A stretch of DNA of 64,000 nt, from assembly GCF_009914755.1 (NCBI RefSeq), contig NC_060947.1, one strand, 5' to 3'. How positions within the stretch are numbered: the first letter of the stretch is position 1; every line of letters begins with the position of its first letter. Under the pieces are notes generated by a model. The model saw nothing but the letters and a program-made list of their open reading frames with translations, was not told the origin of the DNA and made no database searches. This document shows, piece after piece, positions 24,886 to 41,995 of this stretch. This stretch comes from the human T2T-CHM13v2.0 reference genome, Homo sapiens. The position numbers and the translations under genes are program-made.

Positions 24886-26678
24886 AATATTATTATTTGA
24901 ATGTTCGTGTCTTTTCCAAAATTTGTGTTGAAGCTGAATCCCAAATGCAACAGAATTCAGAAGAAGAGTCTTAAGGAGGTGATTAGGCCATGAGTTCTCT
25001 GCCCCATAGATGGCATTAATGCCTTATAAAAGTACTAGAGGAAACTAGCTAGGCCTTATTTTGCCCTTTTACACTTCTGCCATGTGAGGATGTAGCAAGA
25101 AGGCCTTCAGCAGACACTGAACACTGATGCCTTAATCTTGGACTTCTCAGGCTTCAGGGCTGTAGAAAATAAATTTCTATTTTTTATAAATCACCAAGTC
25201 CAATGTATTTTTATAGCAGCAGAAACAGACTGAGACACTGTCCCTTTGGCTACTCCCAGTTTTTATCTATAGGGTAATCCCCAGAAGATTTAATACAAAT
25301 GATGCAATTGCTCTGGCAATGCTTTTTCAGAGACTGATAAAGCAAAGCTTGGAGGAGAAGTGCATGTTTAGTTCCAGTCTCTAAACAAGCATGAAGTAAG
25401 CTCTCAGTAAGCTTCTAGAAGATAGATGAAATTTAAATTAAACCTGGTTCATCAGGGAGTAAGCTTACACTTACTTAAATGTCAAACTTCAAGTGCAGAA
25501 ATAGAAATGACAGGTGTACTGTGTGATACCTCGTTGGTTTTCAGTCTGTTAGGCAATTCATCAGCAGTAAATCACAAAAAGAGAAAGCATTACTTAAGTT
25601 GAATATAACACTTATTTTGGAAAAGGAAGTGGTTCTTAAAATGTCTTTTGTATTCTGTTGATCTGCACCTCTCTTGTGGTTGGGGTACTGGGCAATGGCT
25701 TTAATGTAATTATTTCCAAGAAATTAAAGAAAATTCAACATTTAATAAGTCAAAGATTTTTTTAAAGTTCCAAGTGACAACAGCAAGATGGCAGAATAGG
25801 AGATTTCTACCATCATCTCCCTGTAGACGTTATCAATTTAGACAATTATCCATGGATGAAGGCATCTTTGAGGAAGTCTGGGTGTCCAGTAGACAAATTC
25901 CAGCACACTGTTGCTTTATAAAATCTAAAAATAGATGCATCAAAGAGGGTAGAAAGAACAGTTTCACTTTATCCACATCGATTATCCCCCAAGGGAGCAT
26001 AATTCGGTGCCAAGAAAGTCTTCTTTGGACTGCAACTTTTCTCACAGGAGAAAATAAGAGCATAGTGAGTGTGCTCCTGGCTCCCCCAGCATGCAGGACA
26101 CTGATTGAGGTTCACTTTTTCTTGCCCCACACAGAAGACTGAGGTCTTTGGTGTGGCTGAGTGGTTGAGAGATGCTGAGAGTAGGAAAGGGAGGCCACAA
26201 AACCTACTAACCACTCTGCAGAATCCATCAGGAAGGCTGCACACAAGCTTCTTGACATATCTTGCCTGTAGACTTCTCTCCCTACTGGTCCACAGGCATT
26301 CCAAACACTCTATTTGCCTCACCCCTGGCTTCAGGATAGCTCCTAAGTTCATTCCTGAGGACCATGTGTACAAGTATCTCACACAGAGAGCTGGTTTGAC
26401 TCTGTGTGATTTATGTGATTATGCTCACATAAATTTGAGCATTTTAGGACACCACCATAGGAAAAACAAACAGAATTCTCTCTGTACTCAGACTGGCTTT
26501 GCAGAGTCGAGAGAGAAAATATAATCTCAAGAATCACTTCCTCCTTGGAGCAGAAACAAGAGCTGTCGAGTGGGTACAACCATGGAAAAGGGCTGAGAGA
26601 GCTTTATAATCCTTAGCTAGGCTGTTTGGTGAAGGTGCTTCTCTCTGAAAACAGCCACTAAAGATGGAAGAAAGTGAC

Positions 26679-27055
26679 TGATATGGTTTGGCTCTGTGTC
26701 TTTACCCAAATCTCATGTCAAATTGTAATTCCCAGTGTCGAAGGAGGGTCCTGGTGGGAGATGGTTGAATCATGGGGGCGGACTTCCCCCTTGCTGTTCT
26801 CATGATAGATTTCTCAGAAGATCTAGTTGTTTGAAACTGCGTACCACTCCCCTCTTCACTCTCTTCTTCCTGCCAGCCATGTAAGACATGCTTGCTTCCC
26901 CTTCACTTTCCACCATGATTGTAAGTTTTCTGATGCCTCCCCAGCCATGCTTCCTGTACAGTTCCACAAAAAGGAGGTTCTTTTAAACCTCCTTTCTTCA
27001 TAAATTACCCAGTCTCTGGTAGTTCTTTATAGCAGTGTGAGAAGGGACTAATACA
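26679..27055 (+). mobile_element. MSTA-like solo LTR
   Basis: TGATATGGTTTGGCTCTGTGTC...GGACTAATACA, with perfect 5-bp TSD GTGAC (26674-26678 / 27056-27060). Confidence 0.9.
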
Positions 27056-28696
27056 GTGACTATTTCTTCAAATGTGAAAACAGCAATACAAGATTTTAAG
27101 AAACATGAAAAATCAAGGAAACATGACAACACCAAAGAAACACAACAATATTCCAGCAAACGACCTGCAAAACATGGTAATTTACAAATTTCCTGACACA
27201 TAATTCAAAATAATGATTTTAAGGAAGCTCAGAAAGCTACAAGAAAGCACAAACAAAAATTACAAAAAACAATACAAGAACAAAATGAGAAATTTAAGAA
27301 AAATACAGAAATCATAAAAGATGACCAAACAGAAATTCTGGAGTTGAAGAATACGGTGAATGTAGTAAAAAATGCAATAGAGAGCATCAAAAGCAGATGT
27401 GATCAAGCAGAAGAATCTGAACACAGGTCAATTGAAAATATCCTCGGAGATGGGAAAAAAAGAGAATAAAAAGAAAGCAAGAAAGCCTATGGTAATTTTG
27501 GGACATCATTAAAAGAGCTAATTTTTTCATCCCCAACATCCCAGAAGGAGAAGAGAGAGAGAACAGGGTAGAATGAATATTTAAAGAAATAATAACTGAA
27601 AACTTCCCCAACCTGGGGAGAGATATAGACATCCAGGTACCTGAAGGTCAAGTTTGCCAATCAGCCTCAACCCAAGAACACTTCACCAAGATATATTATA
27701 ATCAAATTGTCAAAACTCAGACATAAAATTTGTGAGGAAGGAGTAAAAGTGTAGATCTCTGTATGTGATGGAGGTTAAGTTCTTATCAGCTTATAACAAA
27801 CTGGTATAACTACAAAATGCTTTAAGTAAGCCTCATGGAAATCATGAAGTAAAAATCTATCAGAGATACACCAAAGATAAAGAGAAAAAAAATCAAAATA
27901 TACCACTACAGAAAAACACTAAATCACTAAAGAAGTCAGCAAGAGAGAAAGAAAGAAAAAAAGGGTACATAGAACAACCAGCAAACAACCAAATGGTAAC
28001 AGTTAGTGTTCACCTATTGTTAATTACCTTGAATGTAATTGTATTAAATTCACCAATGAAAAATCATAGAGTAGCTGAATGAATTAAAAAACCAGACCTA
28101 CTGTATGCTACCTGAAAAAGGTTCACTTCAGCTTTAAGAACACACCTAGACTGAAAGTGAAGAGATGGAATAATATATTCCATGGAAATGGTAACCAAAA
28201 CAGAGCAAGTGCAGCTATACTTATATCAGACAAAATAAATTTTAAGTCAAAATTGGTCACAAGAGAACCTAAAAGTTATTATATAATGATAAGGGGAACA
28301 ATTTATCAAAAGGATATAATCATTATAAATGTATGCACTCAACATTGGAGCACCAAAATATATAAAGAAAATATTAGTAAATCTGAAGGGAGTAATAAAC
28401 AGCAATACAATAATAGTAGGGTAGGGTATTTTAATACCTTATTTTCAAGTAATGGATAGATCATCCTAACAAAAATTCAATAAGGAAACACTGGGCTTGA
28501 AATGCACATTAGACCAAATAGACCAAACAAAAATACACAAAACGTGGAACCCAACAGAAACAGAGTACATTTTCCTCAAGTGCACATGAAACATTCTCTG
28601 AAACAGATTATATGTTAGACCACAAAAAAATCTTAAAGTGCTAAAATGATTGAAAACATATCAAGCATATTTTCTAACCAAAATAATATGGAAGTA

Positions 28697-28747
28697 CATA
28701 AATATATATACCAACTATGTACCCACAAAAATTAAGAATTAAAAAAA
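28697..28747 (+). mobile_element. Tiny L1MA-type 3'-end stub inside L1M ORF2
   Basis: CATAAATATATATACCAACTATGTACCCACAAAAATTAAGAATTAAAAAAA matches the last ~50 nt of L1MA elements. Confidence 0.65.
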
Positions 28748-31700
28748 GGAAGAGAATGGAAGACACTGAAATATGCAGAAATTAAACAACATGTTCCTGA
28801 ACAATCAATGGGTTAAAAAAGAAATCAAAGGGAATATTTAAAAATATCTTGAAACAAATAAAAATGGAAACACAACGTACCAAAACTCATGAAGTCCAGC
28901 AAAAGCAGTTCTAAGAGGAAAGTTATAGTAATAAAAGTCCACCTGAAGAACACAGAGAAATCTCAAATTAATAAAATCTCATTTAGCACCTCAGAAAACT
29001 AGAAAAAGAACAAACTAAACCCAAAGTAAGTAGAAGGAAGGAAATAACAAATATTAGAGCAGAAATAAATTAATTATAGGCTAGAACCACAATAGTAAAG
29101 ATCAAAGAAATGGAGTTGGTGTTTTGAAAAGATAAAATGGACAAAACTTTTGCTTGACTTACTAAAAAAGGAGAGAAGACAAAATCAGAGACAAAAGAGC
29201 AAATATTAGAATTGATATTACAGAAAGAAAAAGAATTGTAAGAGATTGTCATGAATAATTATACACCAACAAATTGAATGACCTAGAAGAAATGGATGAA
29301 GTCTTAGAAACATACAACCTACCAAGACTGGAGCATTAATAAATACAAAATTTGAACAGATCGATTATGAATAAGGAAATTGAATCAGTAATTTAAAATA
29401 TCCAATAAAAATAAAGCCCAGGATCTGATGCCTTCACTGGTGAATTCTTCATTTAAAGAAGAATGAATACCAATCCTTCTCAAACTATTCCAAAAAAAAA
29501 TGAAAAGTAGGAAACACTTCCAAACACATTTTACAAGGTCAGAATTACCCTTATAGCAAAGCCAAAGAAGGATGCTACAAGAAAAATTTACAGGCTAATA
29601 TCTCTGGTGGACATGGATGCAAAAATACTCAACAAAATCCTACCAAAGTGGTTTTAACAGCACATTAAAATGATCACACGTCGTGATCAAGTGAGATTTA
29701 TGCCAGGGGTGCAGAGATGTTTCAATAAATAAAAGTCAATAAATGTGATACACCACATTAACAGAATGAAGAACAAAAATCACACAATCATCTCAGTAGA
29801 TACAGAAAGAGCATTTGACAATATTTAGTGTCCTTTCATGATAAAAACCATCAACAACTAAGTATAGAGGGAATGTGTCTCAACACAGTAAAGGTTGTAT
29901 AACAGAAACCCACAGCTAACATCATATTCAATGGTGAAAAATTAAAAGCTTTTCCTTTAAGATCAGGAATAAGACAATGATGCCAACGATGCACATTCTC
30001 ACCACTTCTATTCAATGTATTACTGGAAGTACTAGCCAGAGCAATCAAGCAAGAAAAATAAATGAAAGTCATCAAAATCAGAAGGAACATAGTAAAATTG
30101 TCTCTATTTGCAGATGTCATGATCTTATATATCGAACACCCAAAAGATGCCACCAATAAAATGTTAGAACTAATACATAAATTCAATAAATTTGCATGAT
30201 ACAAAATCAACATACAAAAATCGTGTTCCTGTAAACCAACAATGAATTATTTACAATAGCATCAAAAGAATAAAATACTTAGAAATAAATTTCCCCCAAG
30301 AAGGCAAAAGCTATTCATGAAAGAAACTGAAGACACAAATAAATATAAAGATATTCTGTGTTCTTGTATTGGAAGAATTAATATTATCAATGAGGGGTTT
30401 CAAGATGGCTGACTGGAGGCATCCAGCCCTTACCTCCTCTCCAAAGAAGGGCCAAAACAGTGAATAGATAATCACACATCAAATAGAGCAACGAAGACAG
30501 AACACTGGAATTCAACAAGGAAGTGGCAGGGAACCTCTGAGGCATGGAAGGAAAGGGATGTGAAGGAACGGGATCAGTTCAGAAACAGGAAAAACAACCC
30601 AATTTGAGGAAAAGGTAAGCAGGAGATCCCCAGTGGTTCATATTCTCACCATAGATTCTCACAATTCTAACCATGAAAGAGTCCCTCAACCCTCATGGGC
30701 CTTCATATTAGTATAGGGTGGTTCATGGAGTCCACATGATGGCATTGTTCCAGAGACAGAGTTTACAATGGGCCTCACAGATCCCACCAAAACTCGAGCA
30801 GGTGCAGAACACTACCTTTTTGAGAGGCCAGCTCCCACCAGGACACAACCTTCCCTGGGGTCCAACAGCTCCTGCATCCCACATCCCTGAAGCCCTGCTG
30901 ATATCTCCCCATGTCCATCCAGAGAGCTTAAGTATTGTGACACTGGCTGGATCCAGTGGTGGTGGTGTGGCTGGGTCCCCAGGACTCTAGACCATGCAGT
31001 GTCTTATACCCCAGGGAATAGCAGTGCAGCACACAAATGAGGCTGCTCCCCTGGGACAAAGGTATCTAAGTAGGCGCCCCCTAGAGCCTGAGAGCTGTCT
31101 CTCTGTGGCTGCTAACATAGACAGCAACCCTAAACCTTCCAGTTACAGGACTGCATGCACCTTCAAGGGACTTGGGCAGTGGTCTATTTGGGTGATGTCC
31201 CAAGGCCTAAGAAAAGGCCTGCCCTACCTGTCACCACCAGGACACACACAAGCCATCTAGGAGCCTGAGAAGAGACACTACCTACCACTAGCACCCAAGT
31301 GTGTTCTCTAAGAATGTGAGGATTAACCTGTCCCACCTGCTATTACTGGTATCCACACAACCATAGGAAAACCTGACAACAGGTTCACCTTGCCCATCAC
31401 TGCTGGTGCCCACATGCACAATCCATGGGCCCAAGGAAAAACCCACTCTACCCATCACCACTGCTGCTGGCTCCAAGAGTGTTGATCAGAAGTCTGGGGA
31501 TCAGCCTTCCCTGCCTGCTAATGCTGGCACCCATGTGCAGCATCAGAGGCCTTAAGACAAACCCACCCTGCCTGGTGGAGGCATCAGTGCCCATGTGTGC
31601 TTTCCAGGGGCCTGGTGATCAAGCTGCTCTGCCCACTGCTGGCACCTGTGTACACCATTGAGGTACGGGCCTGAAGACAGGTCCACTCTGCCTGCAGCCA

Positions 31701-34700
31701 CCAGCACCATGAAATCTGGGGGCCTAGGAATTGACTCATTCCATCCACCACTGCTGGATCCCATGTGCATCTTCTGAGGGTCTGAGGATGAGTTTGCTGA
31801 GCCTGCTACTACTACTACCACCACTGGCACTTATCTGCATGTGCTGCCTGGGGCTCTGGGGTATCATTGGTGTCACTGATGCCTGTCTATCCTATTGCCA
31901 CTGCTGTTAGTGCCCACATGTGTTGCATGGGAGCCCAAGTATTTGCCTGCCGCCACTACTGACATTGCAGTTGCTATGCACTCCACTCAGGGACTTGAGG
32001 ACCTGCCCACATGGTTGGCCTGCTGCTATCACTGCAGCACCCAAGCAAGCCACCTGGAGGCCCAAAAACCTATCTGTCTGGACCTGCCACCATCAGTGCT
32101 CAAAATACCTTTAGGGACCTGAGGACCAGTATGCCTGGCCTGCCATTGCCACCACTGGTGCCCAAGGACTGGCTTGCCTGGCATCCCTGTCATCAGCAAA
32201 GTATCACCACAGTTTCCACTAATAACTGCAGGCTAAGCCACTAAAGAACCCACAGACACCAATGATTCTGATTACAACCAAAGAAATCATATGTAGATCA
32301 CACTACCACACCCACACAGAATCAAAGCCAAAGAACCCCACCCAACCAACACTATAGAAAAAGTCTTTCCCTATGAAAGTCAATCCATAAAATTGGAAGA
32401 AGTGACTGTTTTACCAAATGCCCAGATATCAATATAAGGACACAAGAAATATGAAAAAACAAGGAAACAACACATTCGAAGGAAAAAAATAATTCCCCAG
32501 CAAAAGATTCCTATTAAAAAGACATCTATAAAATGCCTGAAAAATCTCAAAATGATGATATTAAAGAAACTCAGTGAGATACAAGAGAACACAGTGAACA
32601 ATATAAGGAAATCAGGAAAACAATTCATGATTTGAAAGAGAAATTTAACAAATAGGTATCACAAAAAATCAGGAATCCTGAAAATGAAGCATTTAATGAA
32701 TGAAATAAAAGATCCAAAAGAGCTTCAACAATAGATTAGATCAAGCAGAAGAAAGAATTTCTGAACTTGAAGATATATCTTTAAAAATAACCCAGTCAGA
32801 CAAAAGAGAAAAAGCATTTAAAAAGGGGACAAAGCCTATGTGACATAGGAAAAACCATAAGGTGACCAAATATTTAAATATTGGGAGTTCCAGAAAAAGA
32901 AGAAGTGGGCAGTCACATAGAAAACCTATTTAATAAAATAATAGCTGAAAATGTTCCAAGTCTTACAAGAAATAGGCACAGCAAGATATAGGAATCTCAA
33001 ATAGAGCCAAATATGTTCAACACAAAAGGGTCCTCTTCAAGGCACATTATAGTCAAACTGCTGCAATTGAAAGACGAAGAGATTTCTAAAAACAGCATAA
33101 GACAAGAGTCAGGTCACATATAAGAGAATCCCCATCAGAACAACAGTGGATTTCTCAACAGAAACCTTACAGCCCAAGAAAGATTGGGATGATATATTCA
33201 AAGTATTAAAAGAAAAAAGCTTCCAGCCAAGAATATTACACTCAGCAAAGTTACCCTTCAAAAATAAAGGAGGAATAAAGTATTTCCCAGATACATAAAA
33301 ACCGAGGGAATTCACCACTAGGTCTGCCCAGCAAGAAGTGAATAAGGGAGTCCTACACCTGAAAGCAAAAGAACAATATCTACCATCATGAAAACAACAA
33401 ATTTTTACAAAAACATATAAAACTTACTGGTAGAGAATCCTGTACCAGAAATCAAGGTATCCAGGTTCTCTCAACAGAACTGACTAGGCATGTGGCATGA
33501 CCCATGGAGAGGAAGAAAGAACAGTGTGGTGCAGTGGCCCACCTGAGAGCCACATGAGTCAGGGGAACCCCCACACCCCAGCCAAGAGAAGTGGTGAGTG
33601 AGCATGCTACCCAACCTCGGAAACCGTGCTTTCTTCACAGAACTGTGCAACCCATGGATCAGAAGATCTCACTCATGAAGCTACACCACCAGGGCCTAGA
33701 GTCCCAACCATGGAGCCACGCAGATTCTCAACAGCCTGTCAGCTAGAATCTGCTTAAGCCTGTTGAGTTCCCAGGGAAAGGGCAACCAACATCACGACTG
33801 TGGCTGCCTCCTGTCTAAGCCATTTGAGCACCTTGGGGGAGGGGCAGCAGCCAACAATGGGACTGATACCTGCCTAACACACTAAGCTCCCAGGGCAGGG
33901 AAAGGGCAGCAGCCATCTCTATAGCTGCAGGCTGTGCTTTTCCCCTGCTGGAGCCAGAGAGGCTAAATTTCTTGGTCCCAAGAGGTATCCCCCACAGCCC
34001 AAGACACTGGCTGTGTAGACTGCAGTCACAGTGTCTCTTCAGGCCTGACCCTGACTGATCCATACTCACTGGGTGGGGGCTCCCTGCAGGAACTCCAGCA
34101 AAGCCAGCCAGAGGCTCAGGGACAGAACTCTGATCTCCCTGAGCCTGAGCCCCTAAGAGGAGGGGTGGCCACAGTTTCTGCAGACCAGCAGACTTAGTCT
34201 TTCCTCCTGCTAACTCTGAGGAATCCAGGCAGCCCAGACAAGTGGGTTTCCCCACAATGAAGCACACCACCTCCACCAAGGACAGCCAAATTGCTTTGTT
34301 AAACAGGTCCTGCTCCCCATGCCATCCAACTGGGCGAGACCCTACAACAAGGGTTGTCAGACACCTTATACAGCAGCTTTCCTACTGGCATCAGTTTGGT
34401 GCCCCTCAGGGTCAGAGATCACAGAGGAAGGAGCAGGCAGCCATCTTTGCTGTTCTCCAATCTTGTTGAGTGGCATCTCCAGGTGTGGGAGAGAACCAGA
34501 TAAATAGGGCATGAAGTTAACCCCCAGTAAACCTCAGCAGCCCTACAGAAGAGGGACCTGACCATTGAAAGGAAAACAGACAAAAAGCAACAACAACAGA
34601 ATCAACAACAAAAAAGTCCCCACAAAAACCCCATCCAAGGGTCAAAAGCCTCAGAGATCAAAACTAGAAAAACTCATGAAGATGAGAAAGAATCAATGAA

Positions 34701-36069
34701 AAAATGCTGAAAACCCAAAAGGCCAGAGTACCTCTTCTCCTCCAAATGATTGCAACACCTCTCCAGAAAGCATGCATAACTAGACAGAGGATGAGATGGA
34801 CGAATTGACAGAAGTAGGCTTGAGAAGGTGGGTAATAATAAACTCCATTGAGCTAAAGGAGCATGTTCTAACCCAATGCAAAGAAGCTAAGAACCTTGAT
34901 AAAAGGTTAGAAGAGCTGCCAGCTAGAATAACCAGTTAAGAGAGGAACAGAAATGGCCTGATGAAGCTGAAAAACACAGCACAGAAATGTCATGAAGCAT
35001 ACACAAGTATCAACAGCCAAATCAACCAAGTGGAAGAAAGGATATCAGTTTGAAAACCACCTTGCTGAAATAAGGCATGCAGACAAGATCAGAGAAAAAA
35101 GAATGAAAAGGAACAAACAAAACCTCGGAGAAATATGGGACTATGTAAAAAGACTGAAACTACAATTGATTGAAGTATCTGAAGGAGACAGGGAGAATGG
35201 AACCAAGTTGGAAAACACACTTCAGGATGTTATCCAAGAGAACTTCCCCAACCTAGCAAGACAGGCCAACATTCAAATTCAGGAAATACAGAGAACACCA
35301 CAAAGATATTCCTCGAGAAGAGCAACCCCAAGACACATGATCATTACATTCTCCAAGGTCGAATGAAGGAAAAAATGTTAAGGGCAGCCAGAGAGAAGGG
35401 CCAAGTCAGCTACAAAGGCAAACCCATCAGACTAACTGTGTACCTCTCAGCAGAAATGCTACAAGCCAGAAAAGACTGGGGGCCGATATTCAACATTAAA
35501 AAAAATTCAACCCAGAATTTCATATCCAGCCAAACTGAGCTTCATGAGCAAAGGAGAAATAAACTCCTTTTCAGACAAGCAAATGTTGAAGGATTTCATG
35601 ACCACTGAGCCCGCCTTGTAAGAGCTCCTGAAAAAAGCACTAAATATGGAAAGAAAAACTGGTACCAGCCGCTGCAAAAACACACCAAAATATAAAGGCC
35701 AATGACACTATGAAGAAACTGCAACAACTAGTGTTCAAAATAACCAGCTAGCATCATTACAATAGGATTAACTTTACACATAATAATATTAACTTTAAAT
35801 GTAAATGGGCTGAAGGCCCCAACTAAAAGACACAGACTTGCAAATTGGATAAAGTGTCAAGCCCCATCAGTATGTTGTATTCAGGAGACTTATCTCACAT
35901 GCAAAGACACACATAGGCTCAAAATAAAGGGATGGAGGAAAATTTATCAAGCAAATGGAAAGAAAAAAAAAGCAGGGGTTGCAATCCTAGTCTCTGACAC
36001 AACAGACTTTAAACCAACAAAAGTCAAAAAAGAAAGAAGGTCATTACATAACAGTAAAGAAATCAATTT

Positions 36070-37092
36070 TGGGGGGTGGAGCCAAGATGACCGAATAGGA
36101 ACAGCTCCAGTCTACAGCTCCCAGCATGAGTGACACAGAAGATGGGTGATTTCTGCATTTCCAACTGAGGTACCGGGTTCATCTCACAGGGGAGTGCCGG
36201 ACAGTGGGTGCAGGACAGTGGGTGCAGTGCACTGCGCATGAGCCGAAGCAGGGCAAGGCATCACCTCACCTGGAAAGTGGAAGAGGTCAGGGAATTCCCT
36301 TTCCTAGTCAAAGAAAGGGGTGACAGATGGCACCTGGAATATCGGGTCACTACCACCCTAATACTGCACTTTTCCAATGGGCTTAACAAAAAGCACACCA
36401 GGAGATTATATCCCACACATGGCTCAGAGGGTCCTACACCCATGGAGCCTCACTCATTGCCAACACAGCAGTATGAGATCAAACTGCAAGGCAGCATGGA
36501 GGCTGGGGGTGCGGCACCCGCCATTGCGGAGGCTTGAGTAGGTAAACAAAGCAGCCGGGAAGCTCGAACAGACCACCACAGTTCAAGGAGGGCTGCCTAC
36601 CGCTGTAGGCTCCACCTCTGGGGGCAGGGCACAGAAAAACAAAAGGCAGCAGTAACCTCTGCAGACTTAAATGTCCCCGTCTGACAGCTTTGAAGCGAGT
36701 AATGGTTCTCCCAGCATGCAGCTTGAGATCTGAGAATGGGCAGACTGCCTCCTCAAGTGGGTCCCTGACTCCCGAGTAGCCTGACTGGGAGGCACCCCCC
36801 AGTAGGGGTGGACTGACACCTCACACGGCCGGGTACTCCTCTGAGGCAAAACTTCCAGAGGAACAATCAGGCAGCAGCATTTGTGGTTCACCAATATCTG
36901 CTGTTCTGCAGACACCGCTGCTGATACCCAGGCAAACAGGGTCTGGAGTGGACCTCCAGCAAACTCCAACAGACCTGCAGCTGAGGGTCCTGACTGTTAG
37001 AAGGAAAACTAACAAACAGAAAGGACATCCACACCAAAAATCCATCTGTATGTCACCATCATCAAAGACCAAAGGTAGATAAAACCACAAAG
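36070..37092 (+). promoter_or_regulatory. L1PA4 internal promoter (5' UTR) with mutated YY1 site and retained ~129-bp ZNF93-target segment
   Basis: AAGATGACC at 36084-36092 replaces the YY1 core AAGATGGCC. Segment ~36840-36968 (CTGAGGCAAAACTTCC...GGACCTCCAGCAAACT) is the part absent from L1HS/L1PA2. Confidence 0.75.
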
Positions 37093-38109
37093 ATGGGAAA
37101 AAAACAGAGCAGAAAAACCAGAAACTCTAAAAATCAGAGTTCCTCTCCTCCTCCAAAGGAACACAGCTCCTCACCAGCAATGGAACAAAGCTGGATGGAG
37201 AATGACTTTGACGAGTTGAGAGAAGAAGGTTTCAGAAGATGAAACTACTCTGAGCTAAAGGAGGAAGTTCGAACCCATGGCAAAGAAGTTAAAAACTTTG
37301 AAAAAAAATTAGACGAATGGATAACTAGAATAACCAATGCAGAGAAGTCCTTAAAGGACCTGATGGAGCTGAAAACCAAGGCATGAGAACTACATGACAA
37401 ATGCACAAGCCTCAGTAGCCGATGCGATCAACTGAAAGAAAGGGTATCAGTGATGGAAGATGAAATGAATGAAATGAAGCGAGAAGAGAAGTTTAGAGAA
37501 AAAAGAATAAAAAGAAATGAACAAAGCCTCCAAGAAATATAGAACTATGTGAAAAGACCAAATCTACATCTGATTGGTGTACCTGAAAGTGACGGGGAGA
37601 ATGGAAAAAAGTTGGAAAACACTCTGCAGGATATTATCCAGGAGACCTTCCCCAATCTAGCAAGGCAGGCCAACATTCAAATTCAGGAAATACAGAGAAT
37701 GCCACAAAGATATTTCTCTAGAAGAGCAACTCCAAGACACATAATTGTCAGATTCACCAATGTTGAAATGAAGGAAAAAATATTAAGGGCAGCCAGAGAG
37801 AAAGGTCGGCTAACCCACAAAGGGAAGCCCATCAGACTAACAGCGGATCTCTTGGCAGAAACTCTACAAGCCAGAAGAGAGTGGGGGACAATATTCAAAA
37901 TTCTTGAAGAAAAGAATTTTCAACCCAGAATGTCATATCCAGCCAAACTAAGCTTCATAAGTGAAGGAGAAATAAAATACTTTACAGACAACCAAATGCT
38001 GAGAGATTTTGTCACCACTGGGCCTGCCCTAAAAGAGCTCCTGAAGGAAGCACTAAACATGGAAAGGAACAACCAGTACCAGCCACTGTAAAATCATGCC
38101 AAATTGTAA
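37093..38109 (+). pseudogene. L1PA4 ORF1 (disrupted)
   Basis: Starts ATGGGAAAAAAACAGAGCAG. ORF 37549-38091 gives KRPNLHLIGVPE...ARREW...YPAKLSF. In-frame stops lie upstream (e.g. ~37241, ~37385, ~37540). Confidence 0.9.
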
Positions 38110-38157
38110 AGACCGTCGAGGCTGGGAAGAAACTGCATCAACTAACGAGCAAAATAA

Positions 38158-41995
<3,838 letters not shown>

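Larger units (their letters stand above)
21580..25237 (+). mobile_element. MaLR provirus (MSTC/MSTD/MLT1A-like): partial 5' LTR, internal region and 3' LTR
   Basis: LTR motifs CCCTCACCAGACACTGAAC...CTTGATCTTGGA...ATAAATTACCCAG (21.6-21.8 kb) recur at 24890-25237, ending GACTGAGACA. The internal AGCTTTGGAACTTAGTAATG...GTTTGGAGG is MST-int-like. Confidence 0.8.
25780..30390 (+). mobile_element. Old L1M (L1M2/L1MA-type) 5' UTR, deleted ORF1 and ORF2 up to the post-RT region
   Basis: CAAGATGGCAGAATAGG start; ORF1 remnants at 27.1-27.7 kb; EN remnant (GNQNRASAAILISDKINFK); RT remnant at 29.6-30.2 kb. Interrupted at 30391. Confidence 0.75.

Noticed and set aside
31200-32200. Short GC-rich periodic repeats (CCACTGCTGG...CCCA) with several ORFs
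   Set aside because: This is the repeat-rich 5' UTR of an L1M1-type element, and the ORFs are GC-content artefacts.
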